Below, in pieces: positions 26,261 through 35,809 of a stretch of 58,253 nucleotides of DNA. Within the stretch, counting starts at the first letter, position 1. Every line of letters begins with the position of its first letter. Origin of the DNA: a virus. Taxonomy: Duplodnaviria; Caudoviricetes. The stretch is from the IMG/VR virus record IMGVR_UViG_3300037465_000242, positions 1-58,253 of that record. One strand, written 5' to 3'. A program made the position numbers and the translations under genes. The notes below the pieces were generated by a model. It had not been told where the DNA came from and ran no database searches. It saw only the letters and a program-made list of their open reading frames with translations.

Positions 26261-26773
26261 ATGCCAATCCTTCTCACGACTCCCTTGTCCGTCGGCGCTC
26301 TCGACGCCTCGGACTACACGCACGCGATCATCCACAGGTTCGAGATCCTCCCGACGCTCGGCAGGCTCAAGCTCGAGGTGCGTCACGGGAGAATCGTCGG
26401 CGGCGTCTGGCAGGACGGCGCGGTCCTCGTCGAGGGCAAGTCGATCAGGAGTTTCACGCTCGCCGATCGTTCTAGCCCCGCGTGGCAGGCACTGACGGAC
26501 TATGCGATCGGCGACGTGCGCAAGAACGACGGCGACAAAACGTACGTGTGCGCGGTCGCCGGCACGTCCGCCGCGTCGGGCGGCCCGACCGGGACCGGGC
26601 AGACGATCGTCGACGGCACTGTCACGTGGACGTACATCGGTATCGAGGCCGAGTTCACGACGATGGTCGCGAGCCTGCCGACGAGCGGCAGCGAGCTCAT
26701 CTACAACGGCGCGGCGCGCGTCCTCTACCAGTGGCTCATCGACCGCGGCCACTACGCGGGGACGATCGTATGA
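26261..26773 (+). CDS. tail-associated protein carrying a third copy of the ~52-aa module
   Basis: WQALTDYAIGDVRKND...AGTSAASGGPTGTGQTIVDGTVTWTYIG. Confidence 0.65.
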   Translation: MPILLTTPLSVGALDASDYTHAIIHRFEILPTLGRLKLEVRHGRIVGGVWQDGAVLVEGKSIRSFTLADRSSPAWQALTDYAIGDVRKNDGDKTYVCAVAGTSAASGGPTGTGQTIVDGTVTWTYIGIEAEFTTMVASLPTSGSELIYNGAARVLYQWLIDRGHYAGTIV

Positions 26774-27000
26774 CCGCCCTGCGGCCCGCGATCGTGCAGC
26801 TCACGCGCGCCGAGCGCGCCGAGCTCGAGGCGACGTTCTTGAAGCTCCGCGTCCTCGATCTCGAATACGCCGAGAATCGCGCCGCGATCCTCTCCGAGCA
26901 GGACCGCGTCGCCGCCGAGGTCCGCCGGCGCACCGGCGCGGACGTCCGCTCGGGCTACAGGATCGACGTCCGCACCGGGACGTGCCGGCTCGCCGAGTGA
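26770..27000 (+). CDS. hypothetical protein
   Basis: ATGA overlap with the previous stop; typical codon usage. Confidence 0.5.
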   Translation: MTALRPAIVQLTRAERAELEATFLKLRVLDLEYAENRAAILSEQDRVAAEVRRRTGADVRSGYRIDVRTGTCRLAE

Positions 27001-27135
27001 TCCTTGCGCTCGCGGGCGCGCGGCGCTAGCCTCCGATCCTCGGCCGCGGGTGGGCGCTTCTTGTGTGCGTCTCGCCCTCCCCCCAGGCGCAGGCCGGCCC
27101 GCCCGCGGCCAACCATGCGAGAGGAGTGAGAGCCC

Positions 27136-27621
27136 GTGCAAGACGTAGCCCTTCCCGCGGCGCCCGCCTCGGGCCTGCCGCCCGAGATCAACGTCGCCGT
27201 CAGCCTGATGCGCTCCGCCTACGACAACGCCGGCTGGCTCGGAGTCGCGGTCGCGGCCGTGCCCGTGCTCGTCAACGCCTACCGCTCGAGCTTCGTCCAG
27301 GGCCTAGCCCCGGCGCGGCTCAAGTGGGACGCGCTGCCGGGCTGGCTCAAGCTCGCCTCGCCCGTGCTCACGGCCCTCGGGACGACGACCGCGGCGAGCC
27401 TCGCCGCGGGCTTCCCGATCGGGGTCTCGCTCACGGCGGCCCTGCCGGCCGGGCTCGTCGCCGCGGGCTACCACGAGGTCGCCAAGTTCGTCTCCGCTAC
27501 GCGTCACGTCGAGAGGGCCCTGTCGAAGATGCCCGAGAGCGTGCGCAAGGCCGCGTCGCTCGCGAGCGTCAGGACGCGCCCGCGCTTCGACGAGCCGCCG
27601 GGCGAGGGCGGCGCGGCGTGA
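27136..27621 (+). CDS. membrane protein (holin candidate)
   Basis: GAGGAG RBS; 2-3 hydrophobic segments and a charged C-terminus. Confidence 0.5.
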   Translation: MQDVALPAAPASGLPPEINVAVSLMRSAYDNAGWLGVAVAAVPVLVNAYRSSFVQGLAPARLKWDALPGWLKLASPVLTALGTTTAASLAAGFPIGVSLTAALPAGLVAAGYHEVAKFVSATRHVERALSKMPESVRKAASLASVRTRPRFDEPPGEGGAA

Positions 27622-27929
27622 GGCGCCTCCTCTGGATCGCCTCGCTGGCCTCCGCCGCGGGGCTCGCGGCGTTCCTCTGGTTTACGAGCCGTCGCGGCAA
27701 GCTCTCGGCCTCGATCAAGTCCGAGGTCGCCGCGGCCAAGGCCGCCTGGGTCGCCGCCGAGGCCGAGGCCGAGCGCGGCGCCGACGCGGCCCGCGCCGAG
27801 GTCGAGGCGCGCCACAAGGCGGAGCTCGACGCCCTCGACGAGCGGCAGCGCGAGGAGGCGAAGGAGCTCGCGGAGGATCCCGCCGAGCTCGCGAGGTTTT
27901 TGGTTCGCGTCGGGCGCCGCGGTGCTTGA
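27618..27929 (+). CDS. N-anchored coiled-coil protein (i-spanin-like)
   Basis: GTGA coupling; N-terminal TM segment then an Ala/Glu-rich helix. Confidence 0.45.
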   Translation: MRRLLWIASLASAAGLAAFLWFTSRRGKLSASIKSEVAAAKAAWVAAEAEAERGADAARAEVEARHKAELDALDERQREEAKELAEDPAELARFLVRVGRRGA

Positions 27930-28323
27930 GGTCGCGCTCGTCTCGGCGCTCCTCGCCGTGCCCGCGTGCGACGGCGCCGACTGCGCGACGCCACTGCGAG
28001 CCGGCGAGCCGGCGCCGCACGACGGCCAGCTCCTCACCACCTCGCTCGCGATCCGTCTCGGCCAGCGCGCCGATCGGTGCGACGCCGTCGTCGCGATCGA
28101 GCTCGAGCGTGCCCGCGCCCTCGCCGCGGTCGATCTCGCCCTCGAGCGCGAACTTAGGCGGCTCGAGACCGAGGCCGCGGCGCGCAAGGCCGCGGCGCTC
28201 GAGCGCGCGATCGAGGCGGCCGAGCCGCCGTGGCACGAGCGCCCGGCGTTCGTCGCCGCGGCTTCGGCCGCACTCTCCGTGGCGGCGATGTACGCCGCCG
28301 CGCGCCTGGCGGTACCGAGGTGA
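27922..28323 (+). CDS. signal-peptide/lipoprotein-like protein with C-terminal TM (spanin candidate)
   Basis: Hydrophobic N-terminus ending LAVPAC (imperfect lipobox), coiled coil, C-terminal hydrophobic helix. Confidence 0.4.
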   Translation: MLEVALVSALLAVPACDGADCATPLRAGEPAPHDGQLLTTSLAIRLGQRADRCDAVVAIELERARALAAVDLALERELRRLETEAAARKAAALERAIEAAEPPWHERPAFVAAASAALSVAAMYAAARLAVPR

Positions 28324-28359
28324 CGGCGGCTCCGCGTTCTGCTAACGGGTGATCTCGAG

Positions 28360-28707
28360 ATGAAGATCGAGGCTGGACTGGCGGCCGCGACGGGCGCGGC
28401 GATCTTCTTGACGCAGGCCGCGTCGGCGGTCGCGTCGTCGCCGGCGCTCGACGTCATGACCCAACTCGTCTCCGCCCTCGGGCCGATGGGCTTCGTCATG
28501 TGGCTCGTCTGGCGGACGACGAACCACACGATCCCGAGGCTCGCGAAGAGTTTCGAGGACGCGATCGATAGACAGCGCGGAGAGTTCCGCGAGACCTTGA
28601 CCGAGCAGCGCGCCGACTTCATGTCCTCGATCGACCGCGAGCGCCAGGTGTGCGCGAAGCTCTCCGAGGCGATCGACAAGCTCGCCGACAGGGAGCGTGG
28701 TCGGTGA
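28360..28707 (+). CDS. membrane protein with coiled-coil tail (holin-like)
   Basis: Two hydrophobic segments then a charged helix. Confidence 0.5.
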   Translation: MKIEAGLAAATGAAIFLTQAASAVASSPALDVMTQLVSALGPMGFVMWLVWRTTNHTIPRLAKSFEDAIDRQRGEFRETLTEQRADFMSSIDRERQVCAKLSEAIDKLADRERGR

Positions 28708-28907
28708 CCCGCAAGGCGACCATCTCGATCCTCGTCGCCGTCGCGGCGCTGCTCGTCGCGTGGGACGTCTGGGTCTACCTCGAGCCTACGGGCGGCGACA
28801 CGATCAGCGAGGTCACGCTCGGGTTCGCCCGCCGCCATCCTGTCCTGCCGTTCGCGATCGGCGTAGTGTGCGGCCATCTATTTTGGAGCCAACGCCCGAA
28901 GGAGTGA
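28704..28907 (+). CDS. small membrane protein
   Basis: GTGA coupling; two TM segments; DTISE and GHLFW. Confidence 0.55.
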   Translation: MTRKATISILVAVAALLVAWDVWVYLEPTGGDTISEVTLGFARRHPVLPFAIGVVCGHLFWSQRPKE

Positions 28908-28913
28908 CTAGAA

Positions 28914-31436
28914 ATGGCCATCCAGCAGACGATCGACCGTCTCATTTCCATCCTCCAACGCTACGCCAACGTCCCGCCCAAGGAGGCGACGGCGCTGCGC
29001 GACGGCCTCGACGAGCTCGCGCCCTACGACACCGAGGCGGAGCTCCTCGCCGACACGCCCGACGACGGCACGATCGCCTACGCGGCCGACACCGGCGCGT
29101 TCTTCTTCCGTCGCGGCGCCGCGTGGGAGGCGTCGCCGAACCCGGCGATCTCCGCGACGCTCGACTGGAAGCAGTCCGTCCGCGCCGCGACCACGGCGAA
29201 TATCACGCTCAGCGGCCTCCAAACGATCGACGGCGTTTCGCTCGCCGCCGGCGATCGCGTCCTCGTCAAGAACCAGACGACCGCGAGCGAGAACGGCCTC
29301 TACGTCGCCGCCGCCGGCGCCTGGCCGCGCGCGGACGACGCCGACGAGGACTCCGACGTGACCGCCGGCCTCGCCGTCTCGGTGTCCGAGGGTGCCGTCA
29401 ACGCCGACAAGGGCTTCCTCCTCGCGACGAACGATCCGATCGTCGTCGGCACGACCGCGCTCTCGTTCGCCGAGTTCGGATCGATGCCCGACCCGTTCAC
29501 GCCACCCGACGGCACCTGGAACGTCATCGGCGGCATCTCGGTGCGCGCGAGCGGCGGCGCCAGCAACTCCGAGCAGTACGGCGACGGGGCCGATGCCTCC
29601 GCGCTCGACGCCACGGCGGTCGGCGCCTTCGCGGTCGCGTCCAACACGTCCACGACCGCGGTCGGCAAAGACGCGCAGGCGACGGGGGCCAGCGCCGTCG
29701 CGGTCGGCTCGGGCTCGGAGGCGTCTGGCAGCCAGGGGGCCACAGTCGGCAACAGCTCGCGCGCGAACGCCGCCAACGCGACGGCCTTCGGAACGGCGGC
29801 GGGCGCGGACGCTTCGGGCGCGACCGCCATCGGTCAGGGCGCTACGGTCAGCGCCGGCGCCACCGACGGCGTCGCCGTCGGGCGCGCGGCGTCCATCTCG
29901 GCGAGCAGCACCGGCGTCGTCCTCGTCGGCCCCGAGGCGTCGGTCACTGGAACCAGGACGGGCGTCACCGTCGTAGGCAAGCCCACCGGGGCGGTGTCTG
30001 CCAGCAACGTCACGGCGATCGGAGATTCCGTCAACGTTGGCTCAGGCGTCGCGGACGTGACGGCGGTGGGCCAAGGCGCTACCGCGACCGGAACAGAAGG
30101 GACCGCGATCGGCAAGTCCGCGGTCGCCAGCGCCGCGCAGGCGACGGCCGTGGGCAAGTCCGCGTCGGCGACGTTAGGCGGCGGGGTCGCGGTAGGACGC
30201 GCCGCCAGCGCCTCTAACAGCGACACGACGGCAGTCGGATCGCTAGCCTTCGCGAGCGGCAACGGCGCCACCTCTCTCGGCGAGAGCGCCAACGCCGCGG
30301 GCACCCGCAGCACGTCGATTGGGCGCGGATCGAACGCGACCACCACCGACAGCACGGCCATCGGTAACGTATCTATTGCTAGCGCGACAGGCGGTGGCGC
30401 CACCGCTGTCGGGCAAGCCGCGGTGGTCTCTTCCGCCGCCACCGACGGCATCGCGATCGGGCGTGCCTCCTCTCTGAGCGCCGCTGCCGGAGTCGTCATC
30501 GCTCCCGCGACGACCGTGAGTGCGTCGGGTTGTACTGTCGTCGGGAAGCCCACTGGCTCCGTCTCCGGCACAGATGTCACCGCGGTCGGCGACGGGACGA
30601 TCGTGGGCACGGGCATCGCGAATGTGACGGCGATCGGAGCCGACGCCGAGGCGACGTTCGCGAACGCGACTGCCGTCGGTAAGGGCGCTCGCGCCGTCGC
30701 CAGCGCCGCGACATCGCTGGGACAGGGCGCCGTCACGTCGATCGCGGACGGTGTCGCCGTCGGCCAAGCTGCCACATCTTCAGGCACGCAAGCGACGGCG
30801 CTGGGTTCTGGGGCCACGGCCTCGGCGTCGCAAGCAACCGCCCTCGGAAGCAACTCGAACGTCACAGGCGCGAACAGCACAGCTGTCGGCCGCGGCGCCA
30901 ACACCTCGAGCGCCACGGACGCACTCGCGGCGGGGCATGGGACCAACGCGACCGGGACGGAGAGCGTCGCGGTCGGCAAGTCGGCGGGCGCGACGGCGGC
31001 CGGCGGCGTCGCGGTGGGCAAGAGCGCTTCGGCCGGGCACACCGACGGCATCGCGATTGGACGCAATGCCGCGACGACCGCGGCGGGTGAGGGTGTCTGG
31101 GGCGCGCCGGCGAACAAGGTCAGCTTCCGCACCTTCGCCGGCGTGAGCTTCCCGACGGTCGCGAAGACTGCGGACTACACGGCGACGAAGGATGACTACA
31201 CGATCCTCGTCGACGCCACCGCGGGCGCCGTCACGATCACTTTGCCGGCCGCCGCGTTGCACCCGGGCCGCATCTACAACGTGAAGAAGGTCGACAGCTC
31301 GGCGAACGCGGTCACGATCGACGGGAACGGGGCCGAAACGATCGACGGCGCCGCGACGCAATCGCTCCCGGCGCAGTGGAACAGCAAACAGATCCAGAGC
31401 GATGGCACGGCCTGGTTCATCCTCGCGAGCGTGTAG
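28914..31436 (+). CDS. fibre/adhesin with YadA-head-like repeats
   Basis: GGAG RBS; WKQSVRAATTANITLSGLQTIDGV..GDRVLVKNQ domain; many ~14-aa A.AVG..A.A repeats; C-terminal ILVDATAGAVTITLP domain. Confidence 0.8.
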   Translation: MAIQQTIDRLISILQRYANVPPKEATALRDGLDELAPYDTEAELLADTPDDGTIAYAADTGAFFFRRGAAWEASPNPAISATLDWKQSVRAATTANITLSGLQTIDGVSLAAGDRVLVKNQTTASENGLYVAAAGAWPRADDADEDSDVTAGLAVSVSEGAVNADKGFLLATNDPIVVGTTALSFAEFGSMPDPFTPPDGTWNVIGGISVRASGGASNSEQYGDGADASALDATAVGAFAVASNTSTTAVGKDAQATGASAVAVGSGSEASGSQGATVGNSSRANAANATAFGTAAGADASGATAIGQGATVSAGATDGVAVGRAASISASSTGVVLVGPEASVTGTRTGVTVVGKPTGAVSASNVTAIGDSVNVGSGVADVTAVGQGATATGTEGTAIGKSAVASAAQATAVGKSASATLGGGVAVGRAASASNSDTTAVGSLAFASGNGATSLGESANAAGTRSTSIGRGSNATTTDSTAIGNVSIASATGGGATAVGQAAVVSSAATDGIAIGRASSLSAAAGVVIAPATTVSASGCTVVGKPTGSVSGTDVTAVGDGTIVGTGIANVTAIGADAEATFANATAVGKGARAVASAATSLGQGAVTSIADGVAVGQAATSSGTQATALGSGATASASQATALGSNSNVTGANSTAVGRGANTSSATDALAAGHGTNATGTESVAVGKSAGATAAGGVAVGKSASAGHTDGIAIGRNAATTAAGEGVWGAPANKVSFRTFAGVSFPTVAKTADYTATKDDYTILVDATAGAVTITLPAAALHPGRIYNVKKVDSSANAVTIDGNGAETIDGAATQSLPAQWNSKQIQSDGTAWFILASV

Positions 31437-31438
31437 GC

Positions 31439-31822
31439 GTGCGCTCCTTACTCCTCGCGCTCCTCGGGCTCTTCGCCCAGGCCGATCGGCCCGGGGCGCT
31501 GGCGCGCCTCACTCTCCGCGGCTCGATCGCGCCGTCCGCCACGGTCATGATCGACGCAGAGTCCGTGGGCCACGACGCGCAGGCCGTCGCGGCGCGCTAC
31601 GAGGAGACGGGCGGCGGGCCTTCCTGGCGCGGCGCGTGGCTCGTCTACGAGCCGAACCACGTCACTGCCACGGACGATGGCGCCGAGTTCGAGCGGCCAG
31701 CGCTCGCCTGGCGCCTGCCGATCGACGAGCTGCCGGACGCGATCGAGGTGGCCAGAGCCTGGGCGCCCCACGCTCGCGAACTGCTTGCCGGCGAGTCGGT
31801 GGCGGCGAGGGGCGGCCCGTGA
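31439..31822 (+). CDS. hypothetical protein with signal-peptide-like N-terminus
   Basis: GTG 31439 just after the previous stop; LLLALLGLFAQA. Confidence 0.45.
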   Translation: MRSLLLALLGLFAQADRPGALARLTLRGSIAPSATVMIDAESVGHDAQAVAARYEETGGGPSWRGAWLVYEPNHVTATDDGAEFERPALAWRLPIDELPDAIEVARAWAPHARELLAGESVAARGGP

Positions 31823-32052
31823 AAGACATCGTGAGCGTCGCGTTCAGCGTCGACGAGGTAGAGCTTAGCCGCCTCGTCGCGCTCGGCGGCCCCGAGTCGC
31901 GGGTCGAGCTCGAGGAGCTGCTCGCAAAGGCTCGGGACGTCATCGAGAAGGCGACGCGCGATCTGTCGCTACTGTTCGCCGAGTACGAGGACCGCTTCCG
32001 CGCGCGCGTCGGCCGCAACGTCGTGCCGTTCCGCGGCGCCAAGGAGTCTTGA
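31819..32052 (+). CDS. hypothetical protein
   Basis: GTGA coupling; ends NVVPFRG. Confidence 0.5.
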   Translation: MKDIVSVAFSVDEVELSRLVALGGPESRVELEELLAKARDVIEKATRDLSLLFAEYEDRFRARVGRNVVPFRGAKES

Positions 32053-32053
32053 G

Positions 32054-32494
32054 ATGCCGTTCAAGCTCGGCCCGAAGTCCCTCGAGCGCCTGCGCGGCGT
32101 GCACCCGGACCTCGTCCGCGTCGTCGAGCGGGCGATCGGCTACAGCCCGGTCAATTTCGCCGTCTCGGAGGGCCTCCGCTCGATCGAGCGCCAGCGCGAG
32201 CTCGTCGCCAAGGGCTTCAGCAAGACGCTCGCGTCGAAGCACCTCGTGCAGGTAGGCGGCCTCGGTCACGCGGTGGACGTCGTCGCGGTCGGCGACCTGA
32301 ACGCCGACGGCGTGATCGACGCGCAGGACAAGTCGCTCACTTGGTCGCCCGCGATCTACCGCTCGATCGCCGCCGCGATGAAGCGCGCCGCCGCCGAGCT
32401 CGGCGTGCCGATCCGTTGGGGCGGCGACTTTAAAAGTTTTTTCGATGGTCCTCATTTCGAGCTCGTCGACCTGAGCGAGATCTCGCGGCGCTAG
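32054..32494 (+). CDS. endolysin, M15 family L-Ala-D-Glu peptidase
   Basis: SLERLRGVHPDL, EGLRS.ERQ, SKH, GHAVD, IRWGGDF, DGPHFEL. Confidence 0.92.
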   Translation: MPFKLGPKSLERLRGVHPDLVRVVERAIGYSPVNFAVSEGLRSIERQRELVAKGFSKTLASKHLVQVGGLGHAVDVVAVGDLNADGVIDAQDKSLTWSPAIYRSIAAAMKRAAAELGVPIRWGGDFKSFFDGPHFELVDLSEISRR

Positions 32495-32730
32495 TCCTCG
32501 GGGTCGATCGGCGCTGGCGGCGCCTCGGGCTCGGGGCGCGGCGCAGCCGGCGACAGCGAGTCGAGCAGCGCGAGGAGCTCGTCCGCGGGCACGGCCGCGA
32601 CTCCGGCGGCGTCGAAGCGCGCCTGCGCGGCCCACGACCGGACGCGCTCTAGGTCGGCGCGTCGCGCCTCGAGCTCCGCCGAGATCCGGCGGGCCAGGTC
32701 GCGCAGGGCGGCGCTCTCGTCGTCCATCAC
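32491..32730 (-). CDS. hypothetical protein (last gene of the - strand arm)
   Basis: Converges on the endolysin with overlapping stops. Confidence 0.45.
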   Translation of the reverse strand: MMDDESAALRDLARRISAELEARRADLERVRSWAAQARFDAAGVAAVPADELLALLDSLSPAAPRPEPEAPPAPIDPED

Positions 32731-33008
32731 CGACCGATACCACGCCCGTGTTTCACGTGGAACGCCGCCGCCAGCGAGCGTCGAGCACGCGCTCGCAGCC
32801 GCGGCACCTCGGCAAGCCCGCGTCGCCTCGGGGCGAGGCGTGCGCCGCCGTGCCGCAGAGCGCCCGCTCCCACGAGCCGCGCCAGTAGGCGTGGCGGACG
32901 CGCCCGGCCTTGAGCCAGACGACCACGGTCACGGCATGAGCCAGAGCGTCGCGGCGACGACGGCGATCGTGATCGCGGCGGCCTTGATCCAGTCGGCGCG
33001 CTCGCGGG

Positions 33009-33623
33009 TCATGGGTGTCCCCGTAACTTCACCGACCGCGCCATCTCTAGCAGCACGTCGCGGAATGCCGGCGGCGTGGCGGCTCTAGCCTTGGCGCTCA
33101 TGCGTTCCAGTTCGTCAACGCGCAACACGCCCGCTTCTCTCGCGGCCCTGCGTTCCTCCGCGGAATGATAACCAGCGCCTCCGATGGCCATGCGCTCCCC
33201 GGCGGCGCGGCCCCAGCGCAGCGGGGGCGGCTCGACGCCGGGGAGCGCATGGCCAGGTGGGCTTGCGTGCTCGATGTCCGTAGTGCCCCTGCTCCACACA
33301 GCAGGTCCAACCGGGATCGTCGATTCCAGCCCGGATCCAACCTCCGCTGCGCGGTGGCATGTTCACGCCGAACCTACTCCAGGCGTAGCTGGCCTCTGGG
33401 TGCTCGAGCACTCCTCCCCATCGACGCACGGCCGCTATCGCCGAAGCAAAGCAACCGTCATCATCCCCTAGCTTCCGCCTGATCCGAGCCGATGGCCCGC
33501 CGAACCAGTATCTGCCCCATCGCGCGCACGGCGGATGCGCCACGACCGGCCACGGACCCGCGTACCGTCGCGCGTCACGTACCTCGTCCCACGGATCGAC
33601 GTCGGGAAGAGCGCGGCGATCAC
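33009..33623 (-). pseudogene. DNA cytosine-methyltransferase-like protein, frameshifted twice
   Basis: GTG 33623 gives MIAALF; frame change to LPDVDPWD..VVAHPPCARW..GGVLEHP..QGHYGHRARKPTW; second frame change near 33250 to LRWG...ATPPAFRDVLL. Confidence 0.6.
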
Positions 33624-33883
33624 CTTTCGACCTTCGACGCCGCGCGGCGCAGCGCGATCGCCAGGGCGACGCTCGCGAGGAGCAGGCCAACTCCGATCCA
33701 GACCGGCACGGGCCGCGAGGCGGGCGGCTCGGCCCGCGTCGGGGCCTCCGCGGCCGGGCGCGGCATGACGATCGTCGTCGCCGGCAGGTCCATTCGCTCG
33801 ACGTAGGTCTTCGCGCCCTTCGACGGGACCTCGATCGGTGCGAGCGTCGTCGCTACGAAGGCGGCCAGCGTTAGGATCCTCAT
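33620..33883 (-). CDS. membrane protein (signal peptide + C-terminal TM)
   Basis: ATGA coupling; hydrophobic at both ends. Confidence 0.5.
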   Translation of the reverse strand: MRILTLAAFVATTLAPIEVPSKGAKTYVERMDLPATTIVMPRPAAEAPTRAEPPASRPVPVWIGVGLLLASVALAIALRRAASKVER

Positions 33884-34128
33884 CGACTCGACTCCTTCCA
33901 CCGCTCGAGCCTGGCGCGGATCGTCTCCGCGTCCGGCTTCTGGTCCTTCGCTTCTCGTCCCTCGATCGCCTCGAGCAGCGCGAAGGCGCGCTCTCGGCGC
34001 TTGCGATGCCACGCCCAGCGACAGGCGTCCGAACAGAACCTCGTCCCCAGCCGCCCGCGCACGAGGACGGGCTCGCCGCAGCTCTGGCAGGTCGCCGGGG
34101 TCGCCTTGGCTCTTTCCCTCGTCGCCAT
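33880..34128 (-). CDS. zinc-finger protein
   Basis: CQSCG...FCSDACR. Confidence 0.6.
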   Translation of the reverse strand: MATRERAKATPATCQSCGEPVLVRGRLGTRFCSDACRWAWHRKRRERAFALLEAIEGREAKDQKPDAETIRARLERWKESSR

Positions 34129-34420
34129 GGATGGCGCGTATCTCAAACCCGTGCACGGGGTGTCAAGCGCCTTCGCCTAGCACTCGTGGCACCTCCTCGG
34201 GTCGTGCCGGTGGGCGCAGGGCATCACGAGCGGCTCGAGGGTCCACTCTTCGCCGCACTGCGCGAGGTACTGCGACGCGATCGAGGCTGCGTGGATCCCG
34301 CAGTAGACGCCGCCGTGTGCCAGGCCGCCGTCGGGGGCTCGGAGCCTGGCTTCGGCCCTCGCGCCGCAGCCGAAGGTGGCGCACGACTGGACGATCGGGT
34401 GAGTGGCACGGGTTCGGCGC

Positions 34421-34603
34421 TCATAGCATCTTCTCCCGCAGGGCGTCCGGATCGGCGTTCAGCTCCGAGAGCAGCGCGCGGCGGTAGGCCCAGACGAGCT
34501 CGTTTAGCTCGCGGCGCTGCTCGCGGTTCAAGGTCTGCTCGAGCATCGCCCGGAGGCGCTTGACCTCCTCCCAGGCGCGCGTCTTCTCTGCCTCGCCGCT
34601 CAT
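34421..34603 (-). CDS. hypothetical protein
   Basis: ATGA-coupled 60-aa helical ORF (MSGEAEKT...). Confidence 0.4.
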   Translation of the reverse strand: MSGEAEKTRAWEEVKRLRAMLEQTLNREQRRELNELVWAYRRALLSELNADPDALREKML

Positions 34604-35149
34604 CGTCGCGCCCCTCGCAGCTCCGCGTGATACGCCGCGTCCCACGCCATCACCCAGCGCCATGCTCGGGCGCCGATCGGCGTCGCGCGCAGGAGCAGCC
34701 AGTTGTGCCAGGCGCGGGTGCGACGGGCGCGAAGCCTGTCGATCCTTGTTTTCGTGCTCACGGTTCGGCCCCTTTTCCTCTCGTTCATGGAATGCTCCAC
34801 CTCGCAGCGCCCGTGGCCGCGGGCCGTCGAGTCGGCGTGCCCCGAGCGCCGGTGCCCGCACGCGCAGGTCTCGTCCACGACCACGATGCCGTCGGGGCGC
34901 TTGCGCGGGAAAGGGTTGGCGGGGCGGCTCGCGCTCACGGCGAGCTCCCGAGACGCTCGAGCATCGTGCGCCACAGCGCGGTTCCAGGCGCGCACTCCGG
35001 CAGCGGGTCGAGCTTGTCGGTCGCGACGTAGGTCGCGTGCCACGCCGAGTACGCCTCCCCGCCGCCGTCCGCCGGCCTGCCATCGATCAGCCTGCGGCGC
35101 ATGCGCAGCCATTCGCACTTGCGCAGCAGGGCCTCTTCGCCGCGCGCGG

Positions 35150-35809
35150 TCACGGGATCGCTCCTCTCCGGCTCGTGCGCACCTCGGCGGTCTCGTACGC
35201 GCGCCAGCCCGGGATCTGCGGGTCGCGCCCCAGCGACCGGGTGAGCGCCTCGAGCTTCTCGACGTCGGGAACTAGGTACTCGCGCGGTATCAGGCTCGCG
35301 TCGGCGACCTCGCCCGTCCACACGATCTTGCTCGTCGCCGTGCCCTGATCGACGACGTGCGCCTCGGCCTTCTCGTAAGCCTTCGCCGCGGCGGCCTGGT
35401 CGCCGGCGGACGCCGCCTGCACTGAGGCCCTGAGCAGCCGCGCGCGCTCCTGCGCCTGCGCGACGTCCCACTCCCCGATCTTGCGCTTGATCACGTCGAT
35501 CGCCTCCTTGAGCGCCCGCGTCGCCGGCCGGAACGAGGCGTCGATGTCGGCCGCCACGGCCTTGAGCGGCTTGACCCACGCCAGGCGCTTGCCGTCCCAG
35601 GCGTCGTGCTTCCGCGCGATCTCGGCGAGCGCGCCCTCGGCGAACTCGCGGTCGGCCGCCTTGCGGATCTCGAGCTTCCGGGCGAGGTCGAGCACCTTGC
35701 CGGCGTCGGCCGCCGCGCCCTCGGTGAACTTGTCGACCTCCCTCCTCGGGATGATCAACGCCTCGTCTTGCTCGGACGCCTTGCGCTTCGCTTTCGCCGT
35801 CGCTGCCAT
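35150..35809 (-). CDS. phage coiled-coil protein (Gp157-like C-terminus)
   Basis: AAGGAG RBS; coiled coil then W..EV.D...IPREYLVPD...IPG. Confidence 0.6.
   Translation of the reverse strand: MAATAKAKRKASEQDEALIIPRREVDKFTEGAAADAGKVLDLARKLEIRKAADREFAEGALAEIARKHDAWDGKRLAWVKPLKAVAADIDASFRPATRALKEAIDVIKRKIGEWDVAQAQERARLLRASVQAASAGDQAAAAKAYEKAEAHVVDQGTATSKIVWTGEVADASLIPREYLVPDVEKLEALTRSLGRDPQIPGWRAYETAEVRTSRRGAIP

Noticed and set aside
16052-26641. Repeated tail module as a diversity-generating retroelement TR/VR pair
   Set aside because: No reverse transcriptase; differences are not restricted to adenines; copies are internal to the proteins
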